Part shown: piece after piece, positions 1 to 10,036 of the stretch | How positions within the stretch are numbered: position 1 is the first letter of the stretch | Layout: each line of letters opens with the position of its first letter | DNA from: Myxococcota bacterium | Lineage (GTDB): Bacteria; Myxococcota_A; UBA796; SXON01 | Assembly: GCA_040386535.1 (NCBI GenBank) | Contig: JAZKFH010000013.1 | Span: 128,001-192,000, forward strand | Length of the DNA: 64,000 nucleotides | Reading direction: 5' to 3' | Program-made: the position numbers and the translations under genes | Notes under the pieces: model-generated | Database searches by the model: none | What the model was told of the DNA's origin: nothing | The model's input: only the letters and a program-made list of their open reading frames with translations

Positions 1-723
1 GCCGGCGCCGGATGGGATCCCGCCTCGTTCTTCGGCGCCGTGCTCGCCGCGTTGTTCGGGCCCGGGAACCTGCCGCTCACCGGGGGCCCCGTGCCCGCGG
101 AGGGCTTCGAGGGCACCCCCGACGAGCTCGCGGCCGTCGACGATCCGCATGCGCGCCTCGGCCCGGACTGTGGGTGGACCGAGATCGCCGCGTGGACTGA
201 GCCCGTGCGCGCCACGATCGCGCGTCGGCTCGCGGGCGTGAAGGTCATCTGGTTCGAGCCGCCGGTGGTGCACCTCGAGGGGATGGAGCTCGTGATCCTC
301 GACACCGCGGGGCTCGACAGGATCGACGTGGCGGCGCTGGAGCCCCTCCTGGCCCGCCCCGACCTGCGGCTGGTCGTCGCGGCCCACACCCGCGCCGACG
401 CCGTGCTGCGCCTCCTCCACGACGCCCCCGGCCTCCGCGATCGGCTGCGCGCCGTGCTCCTCGTGGCGCCGCCCCTCGACGCGGAGTGGTTGGCCGCCCA
501 CTTCACCCACCCCGCGTTCGACGTGGAGGTGGCGCGGGAGGTGCCCTACTTCACGCTGCGCGCGGGAGAGGACGCCGATGCCCAGCGCCTCCCCGACCCG
601 CCGACGCCGCCGACCGGCCGCCGCTCCGTCGCGCCGATCGATCTCGGCGTGCTCCCCGCGGAGCTCCTGCCCGATCCGCGCGTGGGGCGCGCCCTCTCCG
701 CCCTGTGCGCCGCGCTGGGGTAG
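1..723 (+). CDS. hypothetical protein, probably 5'-truncated by the window edge (possible alpha/beta-hydrolase-like fold)
   Basis: The frame of ORF 40..723 is open back to base 1. High-GC codon pattern, no clear family motif. Confidence 0.55.
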   Translation, partial: AGAGWDPASFFGAVLAALFGPGNLPLTGGPVPAEGFEGTPDELAAVDDPHARLGPDCGWTEIAAWTEPVRATIARRLAGVKVIWFEPPVVHLEGMELVILDTAGLDRIDVAALEPLLARPDLRLVVAAHTRADAVLRLLHDAPGLRDRLRAVLLVAPPLDAEWLAAHFTHPAFDVEVAREVPYFTLRAGEDADAQRLPDPPTPPTGRRSVAPIDLGVLPAELLPDPRVGRALSALCAALG

Positions 724-754
724 TGCTACCATCCGGTCCGATTTGGTGACCGAC

Positions 755-1498
755 ATGCGTAGCAGCGTCCTCTTCGTCTCCCTCCTCGCCCTCGCCGCCT
801 GCACCGGGGGCTCCGACGACACCGGCGACAAGGATCGTCCGGGCAAGGAGACCGAGGAGAAGGAGGTCACCCTCACGATCGCCGCTCCGGCGGACGGCCG
901 CGAGTTCGATGCCGACGAGGCCGTGCCGCTCCAGGTGACCGCCAAGCGGGGCTCCCGGGCGACCGACATCACCAGCGCCAGCTGGACGATCGGCGGCTGG
1001 ACCGGCCAGGGCGTCAGCACCGAGGCGACCGGCCTCCCGTCCGGCGCGCACACGGTCTCGGTCGACGCGGTGGTCGGCGGCGAGACCTACACGGCGACCG
1101 TCGACATCACGGTCCTGGAGCCCGCCATCACGTTCTGGACCTACTCCGGCGTGCTCGAGGCGGACGTGACGCTCGAGAGCGATTTCGGCGACTTCGACGA
1201 TCACTGCACCGCCCCGATCACCTTCACCATCGACCAGGGCACCGTCTCCGGCGGCGGCCAGTGCATGGTGTTCTCCGACTTCGTGGACGATCCCCTCGTG
1301 TTCACGATGGAGGGCACCGTGCGCGGCGGCACCATCTCGGGCGCGCTCGTGATCTCGAGCGACGACGGGGATGCGCGCACCCCGTTCGAGGGGACCGGCA
1401 CGGCCGGCAACCCGCTCACCGCCTCGTTCGACGAGACGCATCGCTCCTCCGACGGCAGCCTCCGCATCGCGGGGAGCTGGACGGCGACGGCGCAGTAG
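755..1498 (+). CDS. acidic lipoprotein, beta-rich (Ig/PKD-like)
   Basis: ATG at 755 gives MRSSVLFVSLLALAAC (signal peptide plus lipobox); the mature part is Thr/Gly/Asp-rich. Confidence 0.75.
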   Translation: MRSSVLFVSLLALAACTGGSDDTGDKDRPGKETEEKEVTLTIAAPADGREFDADEAVPLQVTAKRGSRATDITSASWTIGGWTGQGVSTEATGLPSGAHTVSVDAVVGGETYTATVDITVLEPAITFWTYSGVLEADVTLESDFGDFDDHCTAPITFTIDQGTVSGGGQCMVFSDFVDDPLVFTMEGTVRGGTISGALVISSDDGDARTPFEGTGTAGNPLTASFDETHRSSDGSLRIAGSWTATAQ

Positions 1499-1549
1499 GG
1501 TCACCGCAGGCTCGGAGTGGCCCCGCGTCGGGTCGGTTAGGGGGGCGCC

Positions 1550-2329
1550 ATGCACCCTTTCCAACGCACCGAGCTGTTGCTCGGCACCCCCGCCTGGAAC
1601 CGCCTCGGCGGCGCCCGCATGATGGTCGTCGGCCTGGGGGGCGTCGGGAGCTACGCCGCCGAAGCGCTCGTGCGCGCGGGCGTCGGGCACCTCACCCTGG
1701 TCGATTTCGACAAGGTGTGCCTGACGAACCTGAACCGTCAGCTCCACGCGACCCGCCGCACGGTCGGCGCCGCCAAGGTGGGGATCATGGCGGAGCGCTG
1801 CCGCACCATCAATCCCAAGGCCACCATCGTTGCGGAGCAGGTGTTCTACGAGGCGAGCACGTCGGAGCGGCTCCTGGCGCCCGGCTACGACTACGTGCTC
1901 GACGCGATCGACAACATCACGGCCAAGCTGCACCTGCTCGAGAGCTGCGTCGCGCGGAGCCAGCCGGTGATTGCGTGCATGGGCGCCGGCGGCCGCACCG
2001 ACCCGACGCGCATCCGCGTGACGGATCTGGCGAAGACGAACAAGGACCCGATGGCCAAGGTCATCCGCAAGGAGCTGCGCGCGCGCGGCATCACCACGGG
2101 GATCGAGGCGGTGTGGACCGACGAGGAGCCCAACGTCCTCGACGCGGAGGTGGCCGACGCCTTCCACTGCATCTGCCCCGACGAGAACGACCACCACAGC
2201 TGCGACAAGCGCAACGTGGTGCAGGGCACGGTGTCGTGGGTGCCGTCGATGTTCGGGCTCATGATGGCGGGCACCGCCGTGAACCGCCTGCTCGGCCGCC
2301 CGGTGCAGTCCGCCGACCGCGGCGAGTAG
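1550..2329 (+). CDS. tcdA: tRNA threonylcarbamoyladenosine dehydratase (ThiF/E1 family)
   Basis: VVGLGGVGS, LVDFDKVCLTNLNRQ, DAIDN, CMGAGGRTDPT and DPMAKVIRKELR are typical TcdA/CsdL motifs. Confidence 0.88.
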   Translation: MHPFQRTELLLGTPAWNRLGGARMMVVGLGGVGSYAAEALVRAGVGHLTLVDFDKVCLTNLNRQLHATRRTVGAAKVGIMAERCRTINPKATIVAEQVFYEASTSERLLAPGYDYVLDAIDNITAKLHLLESCVARSQPVIACMGAGGRTDPTRIRVTDLAKTNKDPMAKVIRKELRARGITTGIEAVWTDEEPNVLDAEVADAFHCICPDENDHHSCDKRNVVQGTVSWVPSMFGLMMAGTAVNRLLGRPVQSADRGE

Positions 2330-2851
2330 GTGCCGGTCTGGGTCGATCTCGGCGCGGCGTGGCTGCGCATCGGCCTGTTCGGCTTCGGAGGCGGCCCCTC
2401 CGTCATCCCGCTCGTCCGGCACGAGTGTGTGGAGCGCTACCAGTGGATGACCGACGCCGAGCTGCTCGACGCGCTCGCCTTCGGCAACGCGCTCCCCGGG
2501 CCCATCGCCGTGAAGCTCGCCGCGCATGTGGGCATGCAGGCGGGCGGCTGGGTCGGCTGTGTCGTGGCGCTGATCGCGCTCAACGTGCCGAGCATCGCGA
2601 TGATGCTCGGGCTCGCCGCGATCTACACCCGCTACAAGGACGCGCCGGGGGTGGCGGGCGCGATGGCGGGCGTACGCCCGGCGGTCGTCGGGTTGCTCGC
2701 ATACACGGCATGGAGCCTCGCGCCGGACGGGGTGCGCAATCTGCCCGCGGGCCTGCTCGCGGTCGCGGCGTTCGTGGCGCTGGTGTTGAAGGTGCACCCG
2801 GCGATCGTGATCGCGGGGGCGCTCGGCGTCGGCGCGATTTTCTTGCGCTAG
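2330..2851 (+). CDS. short-chain chromate transporter (CHR family)
   Basis: IGLFGFGGG and ALPGP motifs, GVRPAVVGL; 173 aa and hydrophobic. Confidence 0.85.
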   Translation: MPVWVDLGAAWLRIGLFGFGGGPSVIPLVRHECVERYQWMTDAELLDALAFGNALPGPIAVKLAAHVGMQAGGWVGCVVALIALNVPSIAMMLGLAAIYTRYKDAPGVAGAMAGVRPAVVGLLAYTAWSLAPDGVRNLPAGLLAVAAFVALVLKVHPAIVIAGALGVGAIFLR

Positions 2852-2858
2852 TGGCTCC

Positions 2859-2890
2859 GGGGCGTTGCGGGGGGGACCCCCGCCCCAAGA
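2859..2890. repeat. GC-rich palindromic intergenic element (second copy at 15147-15181)
   Basis: ggggcgttgcggggggg-a-cccccgccccaaga lies between convergent genes; near-identical flanks occur at 15147-15181. Confidence 0.55.
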
Positions 2891-2906
2891 AACAAAGGAT
2901 GAACCG

Positions 2907-3686
2907 TCACGACCCCGTGGACGCGTACTTCGTGAGCCCGAACCGGAACGACCCGTACCCCACCGCGAGCGCCGTGAGCCCGACGAGCGGCTGGACGAGC
3001 GCGTAGGCGTGCCACTCCGGACGGTCCATGAGGAAGGACGCGGGGTAGAAGCCGGCGAAGCCGAGGGGGAGGCCCCACGTGAGGAGGAGGCGGAGCGGCG
3101 CGGCGAACAGATCGATCGGGTAGCGGGTGAAGGTCGAGAGCTGGAAGACGAGGCCGACCGCGGTGCCGCGATGGTGCAGGTGGAAGCCGGCGGACGACAC
3201 CGTGGTGAGGATGCCGCCGAGGACGCAGGCGCCGCCGAGCAGGAGGACGGGGAGCATCGCCCAATGCCACAAAGGCACCGCGCCCAGGCCGGGCGCCGCC
3301 ACGATCATCACGGCGCCGCCGAGCAGGGCGATGGGGAGGTCCTCCCAGGAGACGTTGTCGAGCAGCACCTGGAGGTAGGGATCGACCGGACGCAGGAGAA
3401 CACGATCCAGATCTCCGCCGACGATGTAGCGCTGGTTGAGCACCCAGAGGCCCTGGAACAGCACGAAAAACAACCCGACGACACACTCCGCGAACCCCCA
3501 GCAGAACAGCACCTCGGAGGGCGTGTACGCGCCGAGGCCCTGGACGTGGCGGAACAGGGTGTTCAGGAACACGAGGCCGACGCCGGCGAGGAGCACGTCA
3601 CCGAGCGCGTTCACCGCGAAGTCGAAGCGGTAGGCGAGGCGCACCTTGAGCCGTTGCGCGACGAACATCCGCACGATGCGCGTCAT
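2907..3686 (-). CDS. ABC-2 family exporter permease (DUF990-like)
   Basis: Start MTRIVRMF; GDLDRVLLRPVDP and YPIDLF motifs; overlaps the stop of the upstream permease. Confidence 0.85.
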   Translation of the reverse strand: MTRIVRMFVAQRLKVRLAYRFDFAVNALGDVLLAGVGLVFLNTLFRHVQGLGAYTPSEVLFCWGFAECVVGLFFVLFQGLWVLNQRYIVGGDLDRVLLRPVDPYLQVLLDNVSWEDLPIALLGGAVMIVAAPGLGAVPLWHWAMLPVLLLGGACVLGGILTTVSSAGFHLHHRGTAVGLVFQLSTFTRYPIDLFAAPLRLLLTWGLPLGFAGFYPASFLMDRPEWHAYALVQPLVGLTALAVGYGSFRFGLTKYASTGS

Positions 3687-4468
3687 CCGCCCTGCACCGT
3701 GAGCGTGCGCGCAGCCGCCCGCCACGCGAGCACCCCGAGGATCGCGAGCCCGACGGCCCACGCGGCCTGGCCGGCGAGCAGCCCGACCACCGAGGTGTCG
3801 CGCTCGAGGAAGATTGTCGCGGGGGTGTGGGCCATGGCGCGGAAGGGGAGGGCGTAGACGATGGGGCGGAGCACCGGCCCGAACAGCTCCAGCGGGATGA
3901 GCGCCCCCGAGAACACCGACACCAGCGTGCTCTTGAGGTGGGTGAGCCCGGAGATGTTCTGCATGGGCAGGGCGGCGACCCCCACCAGGAACGACAGGCC
4001 GTAGTTGGTCGCGTGGCCGAGGATCAGGGAGAGGAGGGTGAGGACCCAGGTGGAGGCGCGCGTCGGGAGCGGCACGTCGAACACGACGAGACACGCGACG
4101 AGGAGCGGCAGGCTCTGGACCAGGAGCGTCGCGAGCGCGCGGCCGAGATCGCGTGCGTACCAGAAGCGCTGGAGGCTCATCGGGCGTAGCAGATCGGCGC
4201 CGATCTGCCCGTCGCGGAAGCGGCGGCCGATGTCCTCGTTGACACGCGTGGCGACGAACGAGACGGCCACCCAGGCCACGAGCACGTACGCACGCAGATC
4301 CGCTGCGGGGACGCCGGCGATGGCGTCCTTGCCGCGGGTCGCGACGGTCCACAACGAGCCGTTCAGCGCCGCCACGATGCTGATGGAGACGAGCTGGATC
4401 GCCACCTCCGCGCGGTAGGCGAACACGTGGGTGAAGCCGATGCGCCACGCGGCGAAGAACGCCCTCAC
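3683..4468 (-). CDS. ABC-2 family exporter permease
   Basis: DGQIGADLLRP, FSGALIPLELF and LPF motifs; multiple hydrophobic segments. Confidence 0.85.
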   Translation of the reverse strand: MRAFFAAWRIGFTHVFAYRAEVAIQLVSISIVAALNGSLWTVATRGKDAIAGVPAADLRAYVLVAWVAVSFVATRVNEDIGRRFRDGQIGADLLRPMSLQRFWYARDLGRALATLLVQSLPLLVACLVVFDVPLPTRASTWVLTLLSLILGHATNYGLSFLVGVAALPMQNISGLTHLKSTLVSVFSGALIPLELFGPVLRPIVYALPFRAMAHTPATIFLERDTSVVGLLAGQAAWAVGLAILGVLAWRAAARTLTVQGG

Positions 4469-5445
4469 CGCGCCTCGTAGAAGCCGGCGACGAGCTCTTC
4501 GAGCGAAGGATCGACGAGACGCAGGTCGAGCACGTCGGCGCGGTCGAGCACGCCGCGTATGAGCTCGGGCGCGGAGGCGCCGGCGGCGAGCGGGAGGTGG
4601 AACGTGTCGGGGCCGGCGCGCGTGGCGAGCAGGCCGGAGAACAAGGCGGCGGCGTCGTCGTCCGAGGCGGGGTCGCGGAGCTGCACGTGCAGGGCGCGGC
4701 GGCCGCCGAGCCGTGCGGTGAGGGCGTCGACCGGGCCGTCGTGGAGCAGTTTTCCGTCAGCGAGCAGGAGCACACGCGGGCAGAGGGCGACCACGTCGGC
4801 GAGGTCGTGCGTCGTGAGCAGCAGGGTGGTGCGGCCGGTGTCGCGGAGCTCGGTGAGGAAGGCGCGGAGGCGGAGCTTCACGGCCACGTCGAGGCCGATG
4901 GTGGGCTCGTCGAGCAACAGGTACCGCGGGTCGTGGAGGAGGGCGGCGGCGAGCTCGCAGCGCATGCGTTCGCCGAGCGAGAGCTGGCGCACGGGCGTGC
5001 GGAGGAGGGGACCGATGCCGAGCACGGTGTCGAAGTGGGCGAGGCGCGCGCGGTAGGTGCCGTCCGGCACGCCGAACATCGCCGCGAGCAGGTCGAAGGC
5101 CTCGATGACGGCGAGGTCCCACCACAGCTGCGTGCGCTGGCCGAACACGACGCCGAGCTGGCGTACGTGGCGGGTGCGGTCGGCCCACGGGTCGAGCCCG
5201 GCGGCGCGGATCGTGCCCGCGGTCGGCTTGAGGATGCCCGTGAGCATCTTGACCGTGGTGCTCTTGCCGGCGCCGTTCGGGCCGATGAGCGCGACGGTCT
5301 CGCCGGCGTCGATGCGGAAGTCGACCCCGCCGACGGCGGTGCGCACCTGGTGGTCCGTGCGGAACAGATCGCGCAACGACCCCGTGAGGCCGCGGCTGCG
5401 ATCGAACACGCGGAAGGTGCGGGTGAGGCCCTGGGCGACGAGCAC
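4465..5445 (-). CDS. ABC transporter ATP-binding protein
   Basis: Walker A GPNGAGKST, VFGQRTQLWWDL, LSLGERMR, LLLDEPTIGLD. I chose the GTG at 5445 as start because upstream starts overlap the RNase P RNA. Confidence 0.88.
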   Translation of the reverse strand: MLVAQGLTRTFRVFDRSRGLTGSLRDLFRTDHQVRTAVGGVDFRIDAGETVALIGPNGAGKSTTVKMLTGILKPTAGTIRAAGLDPWADRTRHVRQLGVVFGQRTQLWWDLAVIEAFDLLAAMFGVPDGTYRARLAHFDTVLGIGPLLRTPVRQLSLGERMRCELAAALLHDPRYLLLDEPTIGLDVAVKLRLRAFLTELRDTGRTTLLLTTHDLADVVALCPRVLLLADGKLLHDGPVDALTARLGGRRALHVQLRDPASDDDAAALFSGLLATRAGPDTFHLPLAAGASAPELIRGVLDRADVLDLRLVDPSLEELVAGFYEAR

Positions 5446-5478
5446 GGGGGTGCCTAACCGGCGCGAAAGGTGGGGGGC

Positions 5479-5943
5479 GAAGGGGCCCGTAAGCGGAGTT
5501 CTGTTCCCCGGCAGAGTCGCCCCTGCCGGGGTGGAGACCATTCCTCTACGTCGGCCGTTACCGGACGACTTCAGCAACCAACCCGGGCCTCAAACGGACG
5601 AGCAGTCCTGGCCCTCTTTGGTCTTGCTCCGGAGGGGGTTTGCCTGGCCGATCCCGTTACCGGGACCGCCGGTGCGCTCTTACCGCACCCTTTCAATCTC
5701 ACCGGGACCTTTCGACCCCCCTTCCTCGCCGGCCCGCGACCGCGGGGGATGGGACCGGCAAGTGCGGCGGCGTGACGTCGGTTTTCACCTGTTCACGTCC
5801 GGGCGTTCTTCTCTCTGTTGCGCTTTCCTCCAGCTTGCGCTGACCGGGCGTTACCCGGCCCCCTGCTCTTTGGAGCTCCGACTTTCCTCCCGTGATCGAC
5901 CGCCCTTTCGGGCGACGGCCACCGGCGGCCCCCTGGGCCCCTT
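5479..5943 (-). ncRNA. rnpB: RNase P RNA (bacterial type A)
   Basis: The minus strand has GAGGAAAGTCGGAGC, GGAAAGCGCAACAGAG, GGGTGCGGTAAGAGCGCACC and ACAGAACTCCGCTTA. The terminal P1 helix is GAAGGGGCCC/GGGCCCCTTC. Confidence 0.95.
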
Positions 5944-6006
5944 CGACCCGCACGCGGTCTAATCCCCGGAGGCGCGGTCGGCCATCGGATCAGCCGGGCC
6001 ATCGGA

Positions 6007-6702
6007 TCAGCCGGGCAGCAGGTACCCGCCGCAGCCGACGCAGGTGTGGACCGCCTTCTTCATCATCACCTCGTTGAGCTTCTGCGGCGCGACGCGCATG
6101 TGGCAGACGGAGCACGAGCCGTCGTCCACGTTTACGAGCGCTACGCGCTTGCGACGGCGAAGGTCGCCGTAGGGGATCTGGTAGTCGTGGGGGAGCTCGG
6201 CCCACGCGCCTTCCCGCACCTGGAGCGCGGCCGTGAGCTCGACCCGGATTGCGGCGTCACGGGCCCCGAGCGCCTGGCGCGCGTCCTTCTCGGCGGCGAC
6301 CGCGTCCACCAGGCCCTTCTCGGCGGCGGCGAGCGCGGCGGTCGTGGTGTCGACGGCGTCGAGCAGATCGAGGCCCTTGGTCTCCAGCTCGTCGACCAGG
6401 GCGATGCAGTTGGCGAGCTGCCGCTCGGCGGCCGCGTAGTTGGGCGCCGAGCCGTCGTCGATCATGCGCTTCGTCGCGTCGCGCTTCTGCGCGTAGCTGT
6501 CCAGCTCCCGGTTGTTGACGCGCTCCGCGGCCTTGGCCTCCGCGAGCGCGGCCTTCGCGGCGTCCCGCGCGGCCACGGCGTCCTTGTGGGCCTGGATCGC
6601 GCCGGTGACCCCCGACACGAGGCGCTCGTGCTCGGCGCGCAGGGTGTCGACGCGGACGTCGGCTTGCCAGAGGTTCGAGATCGCGGCGAGGTCTGGGTGC
6701 AA
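6007..6702 (-). CDS. coiled-coil protein with C4 zinc ribbon (DUF164 family)
   Basis: Long Ala/Glu/Lys coiled coil followed by CSVCH...CVGCG. Confidence 0.85.
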   Translation of the reverse strand: MHPDLAAISNLWQADVRVDTLRAEHERLVSGVTGAIQAHKDAVAARDAAKAALAEAKAAERVNNRELDSYAQKRDATKRMIDDGSAPNYAAAERQLANCIALVDELETKGLDLLDAVDTTTAALAAAEKGLVDAVAAEKDARQALGARDAAIRVELTAALQVREGAWAELPHDYQIPYGDLRRRKRVALVNVDDGSCSVCHMRVAPQKLNEVMMKKAVHTCVGCGGYLLPG

Positions 6703-6800
6703 AGAGGCTCCGAGGCGAGGGGAGGCGGGGTCCGCTCAATCTATGAGCTTCCTGGCCGGCGCGACCGCTCCGGGGCGTCGATAAGGCGTCGTGAACGCGC

Positions 6801-9155
6801 CTACCGCAAGCGCGGCGTCTGTCGGAGCTCCGCGAACCCCTCCCAGGGATCGGGCAGCGCCAGGCGGGCACGGGCATCCGCCACGCCGAAGTGATCGCCG
6901 CCCTCGAGCTCGGGGAGCTCCTCCCAGGAGACCGGCACCGCGACGGGGGCGCCCGCCCGCGCCCGGACGCTCCACGAGGCGATGGCCGTGGATCCCCGGC
7001 CGTTCCGCAGGTAGTCCACGAAGATCTTGCCCTCACGCTTGGCTTTCGCGATCGTGGCCGTGTACGTGTCGGGGGCCTCCCGCGCGAGCGCCTGGGCGAT
7101 GCCCTTGCAGAACGGCTTCACGACGTCCCACCCGAGCGTGGGCGTGAGGGGCGCGACCACGTGCAGCCCCTTGCCGCCCGTCGTGCGCACGAACGAGACG
7201 AGGCCGAACGCCGCGAGGTGACGACGGATTGCCTGCGCGCCGCTCACGACGGCGGACCAGGGGAGCGCGGGGTCGGGGTCGAGATCGAGGATGATGCGGT
7301 CCGGGGTGTCGATGTGCGCCACGCGCGCGCCCCAGGGGTGCACCTCGATGACGCCCATCTGCACGAGCGAGACCAGACTTGCGACGTCGTGAACGGAGAT
7401 GTAGTCGGCGGGGCCGGCCTCCTCTTCGACGCGGAGGGCGCGGATGGCGGCGGGGAAGCCCTCCCCGACGTGCTTCTGGAAGAAGCAGACCTTTCCGGCA
7501 CCGGCGGGGCAACGGACGACGCTGAGCGGGCGGCCGATGAGCTCGGGCAGGAGCCTGTCGGCGGCCTCCTCGTACCAGGCGGCGAGCGCGCCCTTGGTGA
7601 GGCCGGAGACCGCGTCGATCACGCGATCGGGGTTGGAGATGACGACGCCGGCGGGCTTCGATCGCGGCGCGGCGCGCTCCTTGACCACGGCGCGCGCGGG
7701 CTTGTCTTCGCGCAGGCCTTTGTAGACCGCGTGGCGCAGCCGACCGGCGGGGCTCCATCCGGCGAACGCGACCTCGGCGACCAGGGTGGGCTCGACCCAA
7801 TGGACGCCCCGGGCCTCCATGCCCGTGGGGGGATTCGCGACGGGAGGCGCCGTTTGGGCGAGGCCCAGGAGCCGAGTGTGGAGCGCGGCGAGCGAGCGTT
7901 CGTCGAACCCGGTGCCGACACGGCCCGCGTAGGTGAGCGTCTTGCTGGCGCCCTGCCGCGTCGCGAGGAGGAGCGCACCGAAGGCCGTCCGGCCGCCGCT
8001 CGGGTCGGTCCAGCCCACGATCACCAGCTCCTCGCGGTTCGTGCACTTGAGCTTCCTCCAGGAGTCCCCGCGGCCCGAGCGGTAGGGCGCGTCCGCGCGC
8101 TTGGCGATGGAGCCTTCGAGGCCGAGCTCGCAGGTCGTGCGCACGAACGCGGTGCCCTGCCCGAGCACGTGGTCCAGGTAGCGGAGGGGGCTCTTGGCCG
8201 AGGCGAGCAGCCCGGCGAGGCGGCGCTTGCGATCGGTCAGCGGCTGGGCGCGCAGGTCTTCGCCGTCCACGTAGAGGAGGTCGAACGGGAAGTAGACGAT
8301 CGCGCGATCATCGTCACGGCCGAGCGCATCGCCGAGCGCGGAGAAGTTGCTCACGCCACGCTCGTCGAGGACCACCATCTCGCCGTCGAGGATGGCGTCT
8401 CGGACGGGCAACGCCTCGAGCGCGCGTACGACGCGTGGAAAGCGCGCGGTCCAGTCCTTCCCACTGCGGGTCAGGAGCCGCGCCTTCCCGCCCGTCAGCC
8501 GCGCCATGACCCGGTAGCCGTCGAGCTTGATCTCGAAGAGCCACCCCTCGCCCCGCGGCGGGTGGGTGGCGAGGGTGGCGAGCTGGAAGGGGATGTCGGG
8601 GAGGGGTTTTACGGCCGATCCGGCACCGGCGACGCTCTCCGGCCGGTCGACCGTGATGTCGGTCTCGCGTGCGAATGCGTCGCGCTCCTTGATGAGGAGC
8701 CAGTTCTTCTGGTCGCCGCCCTTCCCGCCCATGCGCACGAGCGCCCATCGGCCCTGGAGCTTCTGGCCGTCCAGGTGGATCTTCAGGTTGCCTTTCGCGT
8801 AGGCCGCCCCAGCGTCGCCCTCGGCGTGCCAGACGCCCCGGTCCCACAACAGCACCGTGCCCGCCCCGTAGTTGCCCTTCGGGATGTCACCCTCGAACGT
8901 TCCGTATTCGAGGGGATGGTCCTCCACGTGGACGGCGAGACGCTTGTGCGCGGGGTCCAGGCTGGGGCCCTTGGGGACGGCCCAGCTCTTGAGCACCCCG
9001 TCGAGCTCGAGGCGGAAGTCGTAGTGCAGATGCGACGCGTCGTGCCGCTGGATGAAGTACCGCGCCTGATCGGCCTTCGGCGCGACGGCGCCCCGAGGCT
9101 CGGGCGTCTTGTCGAACTTGCGCATCTCCCGATAGCGACTCAGCCCCGGCGCCAT
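6801..9155 (-). CDS. ligD: DNA ligase D (phosphoesterase, ligase and polymerase domains)
   Basis: PE domain (IQRHDASHLHYDFRLE), ligase (EIKLDGYR, EGSIAK, YRSGR) and polymerase (FFQKH, DLDP, TTGGKGLHV). Confidence 0.95.
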   Translation of the reverse strand: MAPGLSRYREMRKFDKTPEPRGAVAPKADQARYFIQRHDASHLHYDFRLELDGVLKSWAVPKGPSLDPAHKRLAVHVEDHPLEYGTFEGDIPKGNYGAGTVLLWDRGVWHAEGDAGAAYAKGNLKIHLDGQKLQGRWALVRMGGKGGDQKNWLLIKERDAFARETDITVDRPESVAGAGSAVKPLPDIPFQLATLATHPPRGEGWLFEIKLDGYRVMARLTGGKARLLTRSGKDWTARFPRVVRALEALPVRDAILDGEMVVLDERGVSNFSALGDALGRDDDRAIVYFPFDLLYVDGEDLRAQPLTDRKRRLAGLLASAKSPLRYLDHVLGQGTAFVRTTCELGLEGSIAKRADAPYRSGRGDSWRKLKCTNREELVIVGWTDPSGGRTAFGALLLATRQGASKTLTYAGRVGTGFDERSLAALHTRLLGLAQTAPPVANPPTGMEARGVHWVEPTLVAEVAFAGWSPAGRLRHAVYKGLREDKPARAVVKERAAPRSKPAGVVISNPDRVIDAVSGLTKGALAAWYEEAADRLLPELIGRPLSVVRCPAGAGKVCFFQKHVGEGFPAAIRALRVEEEAGPADYISVHDVASLVSLVQMGVIEVHPWGARVAHIDTPDRIILDLDPDPALPWSAVVSGAQAIRRHLAAFGLVSFVRTTGGKGLHVVAPLTPTLGWDVVKPFCKGIAQALAREAPDTYTATIAKAKREGKIFVDYLRNGRGSTAIASWSVRARAGAPVAVPVSWEELPELEGGDHFGVADARARLALPDPWEGFAELRQTPRLR

Positions 9156-9158
9156 CGC

Positions 9159-10034
9159 CTACCCGCTCCGCCGCGCCGCGCGTGGCTTGGCCGGCGCCTT
9201 CGCGGGCTTTTCTGGCGTCGTCTTCTTTGGCGCGGCCTTCTTGGGAGTGGCCGCGAGGCTGCGCTTGAGGAGCTCCATGATGTCCACCACCTCGCCGCCG
9301 CCCTCCTCGTCCGCGATGGGCGTCGCCACCGTGGAGAGCCCGCCCGCCGCGGCCTTCGCCTCGATGAGGGCGAGGAGATCGTCGCGATACGTGTCGTGGT
9401 AGGCCTTGGGATCCCAGTCGGCTTCGAGCCCGGCCACGAGCATCTCGGCCATCTTCATCTCCTGGGCCGTCACCCCCATCGCGTCCAGACCTTCCGCCGG
9501 GGCTTCCAGCGTGTTCGGATCAACGATCTCGTTGGCGTACCGGAGCAACTCCAACACGAGGAGGCGCCCCTGGACGACCAACGCCGCGACGTATTGGCGC
9601 GAGCGAAGGACCACCAACGCGATGCCGACCTTGCCGCTGCGCCTGAGCACCTCGCGCAAGAGCGCGTAGGCCTTCGCCTTCTTCTGCGTCGGCGTGACGT
9701 AGTAGGGCCGCACCATGTACCGGGGATCGATCTCGGCGCCGTCGACGAACGCGACGATGTCGATCGTGCGCGTCGCCTCGACGTTCGCCTTCGCGAAGTC
9801 CTCGTCGTCGACGATGACGTACTGGCCGTCCTCGACCTCGTACCCCTTCACGATGTCGTCGGCAGGCACCTCCTCGCCGGTGCCCTTGTTGACCTTCTTG
9901 TACCCGACGCGACCCATGTCACGTCGGTCCAAGAGGTCGAAGTCGAGGTCGTCGTCACGCGTCGCGAGGTACAGCTCCACGGGGATCTGCACGAGACCGA
10001 AGCTGATGTGGCCCTTCCACGTCGCGCGCGCCAT
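9159..10034 (-). CDS. ku: Ku protein (NHEJ)
   Basis: MARATWKGHISFGLVQIPV, IVKGYE, KAYALLREVL, VVDIMELLKRSL and a basic C-terminal tail. Confidence 0.95.
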   Translation of the reverse strand: MARATWKGHISFGLVQIPVELYLATRDDDLDFDLLDRRDMGRVGYKKVNKGTGEEVPADDIVKGYEVEDGQYVIVDDEDFAKANVEATRTIDIVAFVDGAEIDPRYMVRPYYVTPTQKKAKAYALLREVLRRSGKVGIALVVLRSRQYVAALVVQGRLLVLELLRYANEIVDPNTLEAPAEGLDAMGVTAQEMKMAEMLVAGLEADWDPKAYHDTYRDDLLALIEAKAAAGGLSTVATPIADEEGGGEVVDIMELLKRSLAATPKKAAPKKTTPEKPAKAPAKPRAARRSG

Positions 10035-10036
10035 GG

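Noticed and set aside
5446..5577. N-terminal extension of the ABC ATPase
   Set aside because: It overlaps the RNase P RNA 3' end, so the downstream GTG start is more plausible.
5981..6014. 17-bp tandem duplication gccatcggatcagccgg over the zinc-ribbon stop codon
   Set aside because: Two copies only; most simply a local slippage with no evident function.
6703..6800. attR duplication of the tRNA 3' end bounding the Ku/LigD islet
   Set aside because: No copy of the tRNA 3' sequence is visible and there is no integrase in the window.
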